64,000 bases of DNA from Gekko japonicus (lineage: Eukaryota), in the NCBI RefSeq assembly GCF_001447785.1, contig NW_015165831.1, positions 1,426,064-1,490,063 on the forward strand, read 5' to 3'. Made by a program: the position numbers and the translations under genes. Below the pieces are notes generated by a model. That model was not told where the DNA came from, did not search any database, and saw only the letters and a program-made list of their open reading frames with translations. Of the stretch, positions 11,701-22,977 are shown one piece after another. Every line of letters starts with the position of its first letter. The first letter of the stretch is position 1.

Positions 11701-14700
11701 CAGATGAGGTTATCCCTGGAATTACAGCTCATCTCCAGACAAGAGATCAGTTCCTCTTGGAGAAAATGGATGCTTTGTAGAGTGGACTCTACAGAGTTCT
11801 ACCCCACTGAGGTCCCTGTCCTCCCCAGGCTCCATCCCCCAAATCTCCAGGAGTTTCCCAGCCTGAATCTGGCAACCTTACACCCCGTCCCCGTCCCCCT
11901 GGCAGCCCTACTCCCCCCACCCTTATTTTCATACACTCCAGTTATCCTTATTTTCTAGCACTCATGTAGACAAAAATCTGTAATAAAGTCAGCGCTGTCT
12001 CCAATCCTTGGTTGTTTTGAAACTGATAAGAGCAGAACTTAGGACTTCAAACTCTTTGTTCTCACAAAGATGGGGGGGGGGGCAGAAAGAACCACAAACG
12101 AACTCTCCCCAAACTTCCAGGCCAGCATGGATCTCTCACTGTGTTGAACCTACCTCATTCCAAAAGGCATCCACTACATAGAGCAGCTGGAAGGCATTAA
12201 CAAGAATCATGGCCAAGGAAGGATTTCCCCTCAGCTCTGTCTCCTTCACTAACATGCCCATGTTGATCAGGGCCTAAGAGACAAGAGAAAAGGGAAAAGC
12301 TGCAACCACAGGATGTCTGTGGATGTCCATTTTTCTTCCATTATATCCCACCCATCATCACCAGATTGCTATTCCTTTAACCCCATGGTCTGTACAGCAA
12401 ATTTAAGTAAAGCAACTGCTTCCTCTGCTGGCGGTTTAACAACAATGCACTTCAGCGCACTATAGTGCTGTTCAATTAACACCCACAAGTGTTAACAAGT
12501 AGGTGGCGTTTTTAATAGCTCGAAAGCAGTGGAGTGGGTTTTTTTTTTAATCCAAAAGCTACACAATTTTCAGTTTTGCACAGTAAAAACCAAGAAATGC
12601 ATACAAATGACCGACATATGTTTTTGTTCTCCACAGGCTGCCTATTGGGATTGATAGCCACCTAAGAACATAAGAGACGCCAATGTTGGATCAGGCCAAA
12701 GGCCCATCCAGTCCAACACTCTGTGTCACACAGTGGCCAAAGATACCAGGTGCCATCAGGAGGTCCACCAGTGGAGCCAGGACATTAGAAGCCCTCCCAC
12801 TGTTGACCCCCCCCAAACACCAAAATGACAGAGCATCACTTGCCCCAAAGCACCTATCTATACCTTGTGGCTAATAGCCACCGATGGACCTCTGCTCCAT
12901 ATGCTTATCTAATTCCCTTTTGAAGCCGTCCATGCTTGTAGCCGCCAAGCCATGCTTGTAGCCTCGAAGCAGGCAACTCTTGGGAGCCAGAAATCTTGTT
13001 AACATCTTTCCAAACCTCCTGGGTAGGCCCAAAGCAGCTCCACCCTTTCCTTGCTCTTCTTCCTTGCCCCGATATCAGCTAGAAAAAATTCTGTAATAAA
13101 GTCAGCTCTGTCTCCAGTCTTACTAACCTACTAACCTGCAATGCATCTCTTCTGTGAGTCTCTGCCTACATGCCAGCTTCCCCAATATAGCAGCTCTCCA
13201 GGATGGTCAGGAAGACTGGGCAGCCGGTGGTGCTTAAGTCCCCTCTCCCAACACTCCACAGTCCTGACCCACGCACATCTGGGAATTAAGTTCTGAACAT
13301 GGAACTCCCTGAGTACGCCTGGTCAAAAGTCCCCAGGGCAGCCACACGGGGCACATGAGGACATGGCAATGTGGGAACCAGCCCTTCATTATATAAACCC
13401 TCCTGCTTTCTCTTCCCACCACCTCCAGCATAGTGATACCTACCCATCCAAGGAGACCCGGGCGCAGCTCACAGAAAAACTTAAGGTCAAAGGTACCGAT
13501 GCGTGGGTTCAACTCGTGGCCTATGAAGAAGTCATAAATGGGGTTTCCTGTGGAGGGAAGAGGCAGGGGAAAACTGAGGATCAACACAACGCTTCAATAC
13601 TTTTCTGATACAGCCCTCTTGGCAGAGCTTTTTTTTCCCCCCTGGAATGAGAAAATGTGAGCCATTCTCAAAAACAAGACGGAGAACATTTCAGGCGCCC
13701 AGGAGAATCCACTGCAGCCCCCAAAGTCTCCGTGCATCAAAAACAACAGCAACCACCCAGACAGACACACGCTTCAGAAGAGAGGCTCCAATGTGAAGCT
13801 GCAGAACTAGAAATTCATTAACAAATTCAGTTCTCTTGATCTGGGGCACAACAGAGATTGGAGATGTCTTTTCCAATCAGTTCTTAAATCTTATGTCTGT
13901 AGAGCAAGAAACCCTTCAGGCAAGTCCTTCCCCACAAATTCCTTCATATATGGGCTTTATAGGGAAGTCCAAAGAGCCCCCCTCCCTTATTGGGTTTCAC
14001 GCGGACACTTTGGTCCCTTTGAAGTGACACACGAGATGCCATGGAACCTAGAGCTCACCTGAATTCCCGCCTGGAGCCAGCCCTGTCCCAGGGGCGAGGA
14101 GGGCTTTGAGGTAGAGGAGGATGCTGAGTCCAAAAGCAAGAACAGACGCAGAGAAGGCGAGCTGTAGCAAATGGTCGTATATGTAACTGAGGCGCAACCC
14201 TGCAGCCATGCCGACCCCCACCAACAACGCTGTGATCCACATGGCATGTATCCCTGCCAAGGCAAAAAAAGGGTTTAGGCAGACACAGAACTGGCTGTCC
14301 TCCTGAGGCTGTCTCAGGTATAGATATGAGCATGTGCAGCTGCCTTCCGCTGCCAGTCCGAATAGGCATGGGTGACCTTGGATAGACCAACAGTCTGACT
14401 CAGAATAAGGCAGCTTCTTCAACATGGTAAACAGAAACTATATCTGTAGCCAGGTATAATTGTGGGAGAGGGCTAGACAGTGGTTAAGAAGGGAGTTACA
14501 AGCATGAAGTGCTGAAGGGGAACTCCTTAGGTGGAAAACAGTTAGGAACACAGTGCTGGAGCACAAGGGACCTTGGTCTGTTCCAGCACTCTTCCATGAT
14601 GACATGAGGAACAGGAAAGCAATATTAACTGGACTATTCCCTGCTTGTAAGGAGAAAATATCATATGTATCCAGGGCTCTTTTTGTAGAAGAAGCCCAGC

Positions 14701-17700
14701 AGGAACTCATTAGCATAATAGGCCACACCCAACAGCAGGAACTCATTAGCATATTAGACCACACCCTGACAGCACAGCTCATTAGCACATTAGGCCGCAC
14801 CCTCATGTTACTAGAAGTGTGGTTATCCAGCCATACCCACCTTTTGCTTGTTATTCTGTTTACCTTGTTTGTTGTCAAAAACCAGGGCTTTTTTTGTGGC
14901 AGGAACTCCTTTGCATGTTAGGCCACACACCCCTAATTTAGCCAATCCTAATGAGTTCCTGCTTTTGGGTGTGGCCTATTATGCTAATGAGTTCCTGCTG
15001 GGCGTGGCCAACTTGGGAGCCAGCCGGAACTTCGTTCCTGTGCGTTCCTGCCCAAAAACAGCCCTGTATGTATTATTTTGGGGGCATTAAAGTGGTATTT
15101 GGCTCCAGGTGACACACAGGCAAACAAAGCTCATCAAATATCACACAGTCACTGGGCCCCCTTCCCAAACTCTGCCCCCAGATCTCTAGGAATTTCCTAA
15201 ACTGGAGTTGGTAGGGTTGCCAGGTCTTGGTAGGAAAATATCTGGAGACTTTGGGGGTGGAGCCAGCAGAGGGCGGGGTTTGGGGAGGGGAAGGGCCTCA
15301 GCATGTTACAATGCCATAGAGTCCACCCTTCAAGGATGCCATTTTCTCCCGGGGCGCTGATCTCTGTCAGCTGGAAAGCTGTTGTAAAAGCGGGAGATCT
15401 CCACCTGGAGGCTGGCAACCCTAGGAGTTGGCAGTGCCCCCGCCTCCAGAGGCGAGGCAGATAGCAACCAAAGAGAGGGCTCTTTCAGTAGGGGCTCTTT
15501 GCTTCTGGAATGCTCTTCTCTTTGAAGTTCACCTGGTGCCTCTGTGGCTTTCTTTTAGACACCAGGCCGAAACCTTTCTGTTCAACCAAGCTTTTAATTA
15601 AGGTGTTGCTCTTTAAAAATAATTCAATAGTTTGCTTTGAGACTGAAGTTGTTAAATTCATTTTAAGCTGCTCAAAAGCTGGGTTTTTTAAAACCTTGCA
15701 AAACATTGCTGTAGCCACTAGATATCGCTTCCCTCCAGGACTGCCCCCCCCCCCCCCCCCCCCCAACTCAGATCATGGGTTCTAGCATGACCTCCATTTT
15801 CCAGGGGTACCCACCGTTAATACGGTACGTGAGCCGGCTCTTGTCTCGAAGAACAGTCCCTTCAGTGACCTGTTAAAAAATATACAAGATGGTGAAGCAA
15901 GGAGAGCTTTATTAGCGGCTTTGTTTCAGTAGTGTGGCCTATCTTGTAGAAGAGAAATATCCCCCCCCCCCAAAAAAAACATACAGTTTGTGCAGTCCAC
16001 TTGCTAGAGGACTGATCTTAGAAACCCCAAAAAGTGCCGGGTTCAAATGTTACTTCCACCACGGCCTCCGTGTTGTAGCCTTAGAGAAGCTGTTAGCACA
16101 CCCCCACAAACCCGTGAACACGTATTCAGACTGCAGTTGGGAATTAGCTTGCATGTTTGGGCAGGGAGTGGAAAACTGGGCTCTTTTACCTAGAGAGGTG
16201 GCAGAGAATGGCAATGATACATTTTTATAAGATGGAGTCAACCCAGTAAACATTGTCATCAGATTTTGGCACACTGGAGGGAAAAAGGAAGATTTTAAAA
16301 AGGCATATATGGAGTTTTTCTAGGGACCTGGTACAACAGTTGGGGGAGGGGGAGCTTATCCAACCAAATACCAGCACATACTAAATCAAAGCACAGACCA
16401 GTGTTCCCTCTAAACTGAGTTAGTGTGAGCTAGCTCACAGTTTTTTAGCCTCCGGCTCACACATTTTTGTCTTAGCTCAGGACGGATAGCTCCAGAGCAA
16501 ACTAATTTATGCAGGAGCCAAATCGCTCACTCACAACTTGAATGCCTGTAGCTCACAAAGTAGAATTTTTGCTCACAAGACTCCACAGCTTAGCGGGAAC
16601 ATTGGCACAGACAGTACATTTCTCATCCAAATGAACAATATAACAACAACAAACTGACCAGAAGTACTCCAATTTGGAACAGGAGTTACTTTTAAGCTAA
16701 AGGTGTAAATGTGGGGGAAATGGGGAACAGGACAGAGGAGAAGTGGAATCTGTTGGCACAGAGGAGTCCAGATGTGAGGCCTAAATAGCAGAGAGGAGCA
16801 AAATGCTCACTTTCTGTGTAGCACAGTGTGGGTTAGAAAAAGGGAGATGGATCAAAATGAGGAGCAAAGATATACCTGTCTTAGTCTGCATAGGTATCAG
16901 ATGAAAAAAAGGAAGGATCCAGTGAGTTGGGAGCCTGAGTTGCAGTCCACTTTGTAGCCAGGATAAGACTCCTGGTTCAGACTCAAATTACTAGCTCTAA
17001 AGCCAGGCTAGTTATACTGGTTTTGGCCCATAGGATAAAATAGGTTCTTTTCAGGAAACAAATGACTAAAGGAATACTTGGGAGCTGGGCAATTTATCAA
17101 GAGAAAACTATAGAACTGATTAAATGGTATAATGGAAGGGCAGCAGGAAGGGAAGTTTTTGACTGAATTATAATTCAGAATTACAGGCCTGGAGGCATGA
17201 AGCCCAGTCACATGACATGTTCGGGACAATGGGAAGATTTGAACTGAAGGTTCCAGGCTGTCACAGGGCTTTTAGTGTCTGAATTGTGATAATGGTCAGT
17301 GATTGCATGACAACTTTGTCTTCTAGCCTGGTGGTGGCCAATTGCTTTCCGCCCTGTTGGCACTCCCTGATTTCTCCCCAAAAGGCTTCCTTGGAAGCAT
17401 TTGCTGCGACTGTTCCTGCAAGATCCTTCTTGAGACACAAACATGGTGACTGTTTTCCAGGGCTTTTTTTGTAGAAAAAGCCCAGCAGGAACACATTAGC
17501 ATAACAGGCCACACCCAACAGCAGAAACTCATTAGCATATTAGGCCACACCCCTGACACAATCTCTCATTGGCATGTTAGGCCACACCCCATGTTGCCAC
17601 CACCACCTTTTGCTTCTTATTCTGATTACTTTGTTTCTTTTCAAAACTCTGGGCTTTTTTTGTAGCAGGAACTTCTTTGCATGTTAGGCTTCAAGTTTCA

Positions 17701-19421
17701 TTTATTGTCTTAGTCATTGGCCATAACAGCACAAAGTAAATCAAAGCACAACAGAAATATACATCAATAACTTGCAGTAAGTCCTAGACCCCGTCTTATC
17801 TTTTTTGCCGCCAGTGCAAACAAAGCCATTCTGCTAGTAACATGTGCATCAGTATCAGAAAGCAAGAACACGGTCAAATCCTGCTCAGCAGTTCCATTAT
17901 ACAGAGGTACAATAGGATAAATAAACCTTTGCCTAAGTGATTCGTGCCATAAACATCTCAGAATGTAATGCTTGACATCATCCACTTCATCCATACCACA
18001 TAGGCATATTCTAGAAGCGGCAGGGGCACCCAGAAAGCGACCAATACAAACCATTGAAGGTATGGCATGGAACCTTAGGGCAGTAAAAGCCCTTCTCAGC
18101 TCCAAAGTAGTTAGTTTCTCAAGATATACAGTCCTACAATGGTCTCTTTTGAAGATCTTATACAAGGGGGCTGTATGGCAACTTACTACCATATGTCGAT
18201 TCAAAAGCCCATCCTTATTAAATACCCATTCCTTCAATTTAGCCCTTTGGGTTTCATTTACCAATAGGTCATCAGGGATTGAGTATTTCAATAAAATAGA
18301 GTTCAAGTAATCATCTGATCTTTTCGAGGATTTCAACAGCAAACCAAAACTTTGAACACCTAGAATATCCTGAGGTCGTTCTAAACATTTCCTCCAATAC
18401 GAGAGGATTCTTACATTTGCCCTGGCTTTCAGGGATACCATACCCAGTTCAGCCCTCATCAACGCCACAGGTGAACCTTTGGGTAAGACCAAAATCCGCC
18501 TCATAAAATAATTTTGCACTGTTTCTAGCAGGGACATGCATGTTAGGCCACACACCCCTAATGTAGCCAATCATCCTGCTGGGCGTGGCCAACTCAGGAG
18601 CCAGCCGGAACTCTGTCCCTGTGCGTTCCTGCCCCAAAATAGCCCTGCTGTTTTCTATGCTCTGTGCTTGCCTCATGAGACTTGCTCACTGTGTTGCACA
18701 TGCAATACATACATTCATTCATACATTCAGGCTAGGAATGAACGGTGTGCAGATGAAGGGGGGGCTGGCAACATATTCACTGCAAGCCAGTCTCAGTTCT
18801 CCAAGTCTGTAAACTGGGAAGGAAGATGACTAGCATCATCACAATATATTGGTTATTATATTTGGCATTAAACTTTCCTCCAATTAACGTAGAGCAAAGG
18901 GCCCTGCAAAGTAGGCTAGGTTTCAAGCAACTTGCCTCAAATACCTATGGTTGTCAGGTCTTACTGGCTTTGTGGTGGGGGACTCCCGGCTCTGAGCCTG
19001 GATCTTTTGGCACGCACGCAGTGATGATATCACCTGGAAGTGACGTCATCCCACTGGGCATGTCACACAGCGATGCTCTAGCATTTTGACAAAAACTCTA
19101 TGGTTACTGTTAAATACTGGGTTCCATGAATGAGCTTGCCCAGGGGGTAGTGGCTCAGAGGGACCTTGAAGCAAGGACCTTACATTCAAAAATTCAGAAC
19201 ATAACCCTGACCTGGATAGCCCAGGCAAGTCTGATCTTGTCAGATCTCAAAAGCTAAGCAGGGTGGACTCTGGCAAGTACTTGGATAAGAGACCTCCTTG
19301 GAATACCAGCAGTCAGGAGGACAGGGGCCAGGCTTTATTCAGCCACCTCTCTGAATATCCTCCAGGCCCCCAGTAGGGGTCAGTCACCAGAGGTCGCCAT
19401 GCACATACATTCACATGTGTG

Positions 19422-19452
<31 letters not shown>

Positions 19453-20773
19453 GAGTCATTTCCTATAGGAGCGCACAGGAGCGGAGCTCCGGCAGTAAAG
19501 AGCCCAGGGGGCGGGCACATGCAACAAGCCCCACCCCCTGCTCCCAGCAGCCCTCAGTCAGAGCAAGAAGAAGCCAGGTAAGTTGCAGAGCTCCCCCCAG
19601 CCCCCCGGTCCAAAACAGTCCAGTGGCACCTTTAAGACCAAGTTTTATTTAGGTACAAGCTCTCCCTCCTCTGCAAGGACAGATCTGCACGTTCCTCCCC
19701 CCCCCGCCCCCAATAGCTAGCAATCCAAAACAGTCCAGTGGAGCCTGAGCGGTGGGTGTTGCCTTCTGACACACTTCCAGTGATGTTAGGGGGTGTGGCA
19801 TATGCAAATAAGTTATGCTAATGAGTTCTGCTAATAAGCTCCTGCACCTCTTTTTCTACCAAATGACCCCTGCGCACAGACATGCACATATGAAAAATAC
19901 AAAAGAGACCCCCCAAGAAAATTCAAAACATGGAAGTTTCTTTATTAAAACACTTTCCTTCTGTTTCAGGGTGGCTTGCGATAACGGTTAAAACATTTTC
20001 CGCTGAAAAGCAAACATAACGTTGTCTTACCTTCCCCAGAGGGAGCATGTACAGCAGAGCCTGCAGCCCTACCCAGGCTAAGACCAGCACAAAGTCCTGG
20101 GGGTTCCATAGGGAGTGGAGCGTGGGCAGAGGCCAAGTGAAGTTCAAGAGACTGGCCTGCTCTGTCCCACACGTCAGTAGCAGGACGAAGACGGTGGCAG
20201 GCAACAGGATGAGGAGGCAGGCAGCCCCTGTGACAAAAAAGGAGGAGGGGAGGGTTAGAAAGGAGCAAGACGTAGTGCCTTGGGAAGGGAAAGTCAAGGA
20301 AATAACAGAACCCAGCTTTGTCAGCTGGGAGGCAACAGGATCAATATTCCAGACAGGGTTGCCAGCCTCCAGGTGGCAGCTGGAGATCTCCTGGGATTCC
20401 ATCTGCTCTCCAGGCGACAGAGATTAGCTCATCCTGGGAAAACAGTCGCTTTGGAAAACAGTCTCTATGGCATTCTATCCCATTGATGACCCTCCCCCCC
20501 CTCAAACCCCACCCTCTTCAGGCTCCACCCCCAAAATCTTCAGGCGTTTCCCAACCTGGAGCTGGCAACCCTAATTCCAGACAAAAAATTTTAAAAGGTA
20601 TTTTTATTCCCTAAGACAGCTACGGAGGGCTCAGAGAAACCTAGAGGACACCCGGGCTCCTTGTCTGTTTTGTCCCCCTCCCCCCCATCCTCCAACCACT
20701 CCAAAATTTCCTCCTTACCTAGAACACCCCCGAATTCCAGTTCTTTGGTGCGGGGGATCTTGTGTCGATCCAT
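5638..20773 (-). CDS. TM7SF2: Delta(14)-sterol reductase TM7SF2, 10 coding exons, 419 aa
   Basis: Exons 20719-20773, 20031-20227, 15815-15869, 14059-14253, 13444-13547, 12154-12273, 11250-11418, 8974-9054, 7106-7228, 5638-5798. All GT-AG with compatible phases, 1260 nt in total. ERG4/ERG24 motifs [71 protein letters not shown]. No Tudor domain, so not LBR. Confidence 0.96.
7106..7228 (-). CDS. TM7SF2: TM7SF2 coding exon 9
   Basis: [41 protein letters not shown](G); CAG acceptor, GTAAGT donor. Confidence 0.95.
7602..7990 (+). mobile_element. 5S rRNA-derived SINE (SINE3) interrupted by a poly(A) retro-fragment; other copies at 17-200(-), 19205-19400(+), 41455-41650(+), 43998-44185(-), 63190-63310(+)
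   Basis: 5S-like ATCTCAGAAGCTAAGCAG...AGTACTTGGATGGGAGACC..GGAATACCAGG followed by a non-5S body. Confidence 0.8.
7658..7840 (+). mobile_element. Short L1/Tx1-type 3' end with AATAAA and poly(A); TSD CTAAGCAGAG
   Basis: 10-bp direct repeats at 7648-7657 and 7841-7850. Confidence 0.75.
8058..8134. other. Assembly gap
   Basis: N run. Confidence 1.
8400..8687 (-). mobile_element. tRNA-derived SINE (MIR/Squam3-like); further copies at 44416-44688, 51904-52179, 55222-55418 and 27117-27190, older ones near 6393, 33310 and 49120
   Basis: Pol III A box (TGGTGTAGTGG) and B box (GGTTTGATTCC) head on the minus strand, (TTC)n tail, many near-identical copies. The family name is tentative. Confidence 0.8.
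8974..9054 (-). CDS. TM7SF2: TM7SF2 coding exon 8
   Basis: [27 protein letters not shown](G); CAG acceptor, weak GTTTGT donor. Confidence 0.92.
9294..10176 (+). mobile_element. Sauria SINE (9294-9604 plus 10143-10176) split by a CR1 insertion
   Basis: tRNA-like head, body GCCAACCTAGCAGTTTGAAAGCA...GAGTCGGATTCGACT; the tail GGCTTTCGAGCAAGAGAACCTTTACCTTTA resumes after the CR1. Confidence 0.88.
9605..10142 (+). mobile_element. 5'-truncated CR1 LINE 3' end
   Basis: ORF2 C-terminus [18 protein letters not shown]...[14 protein letters not shown], 3' UTR and (TTCTTATG)n tail; 4-bp GACT duplication. Confidence 0.9.
10399..10543. repeat. Long palindrome made of two inverted Penelope-like element ends (similar at 6631-6770 and 636-690)
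   Basis: Arms of about 70 bp, AGAGCAAGAGCCCAGTAGCACCTTAAAG...GAGCTTTCGTGAGT and its near reverse complement, with a tiny loop. Confidence 0.8.
10917..11114. mobile_element. hAT-type MITE family A; TSD GCTGCTAC
   Basis: TIR of the CAGTGTTCCCTC type with an 8-bp TSD. Confidence 0.88.
11250..11418 (-). CDS. TM7SF2: TM7SF2 coding exon 7
   Basis: [34 protein letters not shown]...; AAG acceptor, GTAAGT donor. Confidence 0.95.
12154..12273 (-). CDS. TM7SF2: TM7SF2 coding exon 6
   Basis: [40 protein letters not shown]; TAG acceptor, GTAGGT donor. Confidence 0.95.
12662..12960 (-). mobile_element. CR1 3' UTR fragment (same family as 9605)
   Basis: TAAGAACATAAGA tail and a body matching the reverse complement of 9850-10142. 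Confidence 0.85.
13444..13547 (-). CDS. TM7SF2: TM7SF2 coding exon 5
   Basis: [35 protein letters not shown]; CAG acceptor, GTAGGT donor. Confidence 0.95.
14059..14253 (-). CDS. TM7SF2: TM7SF2 coding exon 4
   Basis: [13 protein letters not shown]...LAPGGNS(G); CAG acceptor, GTGAGC donor. Confidence 0.93.
14672..15066. mobile_element. hAT-type MITE family B (TIR CAGGGCT); TSD TATGTATY
   Basis: CAGGGCT...AGCCCTG termini with internal CTCATTAGCATA-GGCCACACCC repeats. Confidence 0.85.
15211..15423. mobile_element. TAGGGTTGCCA-terminated MITE family; other copies near 11686, 20355, 24907, 29126, 34521, 47929 and 60510
   Basis: TAGGGTTGCCA...TGGCAACCCTA inverted termini and a shared internal sequence. 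Confidence 0.75.
15815..15869 (-). CDS. TM7SF2: TM7SF2 coding exon 3
   Basis: [18 protein letters not shown](G); CAG acceptor, GTGGGT donor. Confidence 0.92.
16399..16604. mobile_element. hAT-type MITE family A; TSD GCACAGAC
   Basis: TIR CAGTGTTCCCTCTAA...; 8-bp TSD at 16391-16398 and 16605-16612. Confidence 0.9.
17458..18647. mobile_element. hAT-type MITE family B; TSD CTGTTTTC; hosts the RTE-X-like insertion
   Basis: 8-bp repeats at 17450-17457 and 18648-18655. Confidence 0.85.
17690..18536 (-). mobile_element. 5'-truncated RTE-X-like LINE 3' end nested in a hAT MITE; TSD TGCATGTTAGGC
   Basis: Open C-terminal ORF with [17 protein letters not shown] and CCHC finger RICLC-x8-HYILRC; repeats at 17678-17689 and 18537-18548. 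Confidence 0.8.
19420..19448 (+). repeat. (CA)n microsatellite
   Basis: Read directly. Confidence 0.95.
20031..20227 (-). CDS. TM7SF2: TM7SF2 coding exon 2
   Basis: [14 protein letters not shown]...[12 protein letters not shown]; CAG acceptor, GTAAGA donor. Confidence 0.93.
20719..20773 (-). CDS. TM7SF2: TM7SF2 coding exon 1 ([18 protein letters not shown])
   Basis: CACCATGG start and donor G|GTAAGG. An acceptor CCAACAG at 20801 suggests an upstream non-coding exon. Confidence 0.88.
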
Positions 20774-21329
20774 GGTGCTCTTGTCCAGGGACCAAATCCG
20801 CTGTTGGGAGTGGGCAGTGCTGCCAGAGAGCCTCCCCCCCCCCCCGCACTTGGTTTTAAGTCCTGTGTATACTCAGGGGGGTGTTATTCACGAGCCACGT
20901 GCCTGTGGAAAGAATCCATTTAGACCAAGTTGTATTTTTCTTCTTCTTGGGTACCCCGTTAAGCTCTCTTCATGTGAATTAGTTACCCCTGGCTAAGGCC
21001 CAACTGTCCTTACAATCGTCAAGAGGATTAGAACTCCCTCCCTAAATTTAATTCTGTCTGACAGACAGTGCCTTAAATGAGGGCAGAGGGGTAATTTCAC
21101 CCAGATGCTTTTCTTCTTTTAGAAATGAATCACCAGAGGAACATGCACGGAGCCCCTTTTCTCTCTCACTGCTGAGTAAACTACAGCCAGCCAGCTGGCT
21201 GGGCCGGCCTTCCTACACAATTGGGATTATTGGCTAGTGGCTGGAATTCAAGAGCAGAGGGTCCAGCTTTCAAACCGGTGTTGAGAACTGTCTAATGTCT
21301 TTGCTTGAAATGAACCATGATAAGATTGT

Positions 21330-21786
21330 TGCTGAGCACACGCAGAGTGCTCCTACTTTAATGAAATCAAAAGAGTTTTCGGCTAAACATTAGGAAGAAC
21401 CTCCTGACATGGTTCCCCAGTGGAACAGGTTTCCTCCGGAGGTGGGGGGGGGGCCCTCTCCTTCTTTGGAGGTTTTTAAGCAGAGGCTAGATGGCCATCT
21501 GGCAGCAGTGCTGATTCTGTAAATTCAGGCAGATCATGAGAGGGAGGGCAGGAAGGGATGAGTCAGTGCTTGGCTCTCACGGCCCTTACTTACATGCCCA
21601 GTGTAATACCGATTGCCACTTTGGGGGCAGGGACATTTTTTACTCCAGGCCAAATTGGCCCTGGGATCCTGGAGTTTTTGTGTGTTTGTTTGCCTTCCTC
21701 TGGACATAGAGCAGGGGTCACTGGGAGAGGGGGGGTGGGTAGCTGAGAATTTCCTACATTGTGCAGGGGGTTGGACTAGATGACCT
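21330..21786 (+). mobile_element. CR1 3' end, second subfamily (another copy at 58060-58295, minus strand)
   Basis: AACATTAGGAAGAAC...GCAGAGGCTAGATGGCCATCTG...GGGGGTTGGACTAGATGACC. Confidence 0.75.
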
Positions 21787-21958
21787 TTTCCTTCTTATTA
21801 AACCCTATAGGTCCCAAACTCAGCAAAAGCAGGGTGTTTGTTCATGATAAATACCCCAATGCAGAATATATATTTTCAGTATCAGCAAATCCCAAGTATG
21901 TTTTCCTTCAGCGTTCACGCCCTTTGGGCACTGAGTGTAGGAGATTAATACCTGCCCC

Positions 21959-22388
21959 CAGGGGTCGTTTCGTAGAAAAAGAGCTAGGGGAGCTCATTAG
22001 CATAACTCATTAGCATATGCCACACCCCCTGACATCACCGGAAGTGTGTCATAAGGCCACACACCCCGCCCCCAATGGTCCCGGCCACCGCTGCCGGCCT
22101 TGCAGCTCCACTGCCGAGCCCCATGAGGGGCCCGGCGGTGGACCTGCAAGGCCGGCGGGAGTGCGAGGAAGCCCCGCGAAGGCCCTCCCTGGCCCCAGGC
22201 AGGCAGGGGTGGGGAGAGGCAGGGAGGAAGCAACTTACCCTCCCTCTTCTCCTGCCTCCTCCTGGCTGAATAAGGGCCGGAAGCGGGGTGGCCAGAAGCA
22301 GGAGGCGGGGCTTCATCATGTGCCCCGCCCCCCGTACCTCATCCGGGGGAACTGCGATCCCCCGCGATTCCCCGCGAAATGACCTCTG
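21959..22388. mobile_element. GC-rich hAT-type MITE family C ([17 protein letters not shown]); TSD CCTGCCCC; relative at 19448-19872
   Basis: CAGGGGTCGTTTCG ... CGAAATGACCTCTG flanked by CCTGCCCC at 21951-21958 and 22389-22396. Confidence 0.85.
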
Positions 22389-22771
22389 CCTGCCCCTAGG
22401 TCGTCTCATGAGCTGTTTAATAGAAATTCACCAGTATCCAGCCCCCCTATTTCCAATACCAGGATTCATCCTTGAAAGTTGCACTTAATATGTGAAGCTG
22501 CTGTCTACTGAGTCAAGTAATGGGGTCATCTAGCTCAGTATTCTCTGCTCTGGCTGCAGTTTTACTGGTTCCCAGGCAAAGAAAGTGTCCCCCCCCCCCC
22601 AATATCGAAGGTCCTGTAACTGAAAGTACCAGGAACTGAACAAGGGGGTACCTTCTATGTGCAAAGTATTCACACTACCACACTACAGCCTCTTCAGAGG
22701 TGCATGCCCACAGTGACTCTGATCACGTTGTCAAGTGCTCATTCTTGGATTAAGGATCCCAGCCTCTCCAC

Positions 22772-22977
22772 TTATGTTCCCTCTAAGCTGTGGAATCGTG
22801 TGAGCAAAAATTCTACTTTGTGAGGTACTGGCATTAAAGTTGTGAGCAAGCACTTTGGGTACTGCATAAATTAGTTTGCTCTGGAGCCAACCTTCCTGAG
22901 CTAGGACAAAATCGTGTGAGCCGGAGGCTAAAAAATTGTGAGCTAGCTCACACTAACTCAGCTTAGAGGGAACACTG
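22772..22977. mobile_element. hAT-type MITE family A; TSD CTCTCCAC
   Basis: Same family; 8-bp TSD at 22764-22771 and 22978-22985. Confidence 0.88.

Noticed and set aside
14700-14810. CRISPR-like spaced repeats
   Set aside because: Eukaryotic MITE subterminal repeats with no unique spacers or cas genes.
17764-18570. 268-aa ORF as a host zinc-finger gene
   Set aside because: C-terminus of a non-LTR retrotransposon bounded by a 12-bp TSD; its start lies in the flanking MITE.
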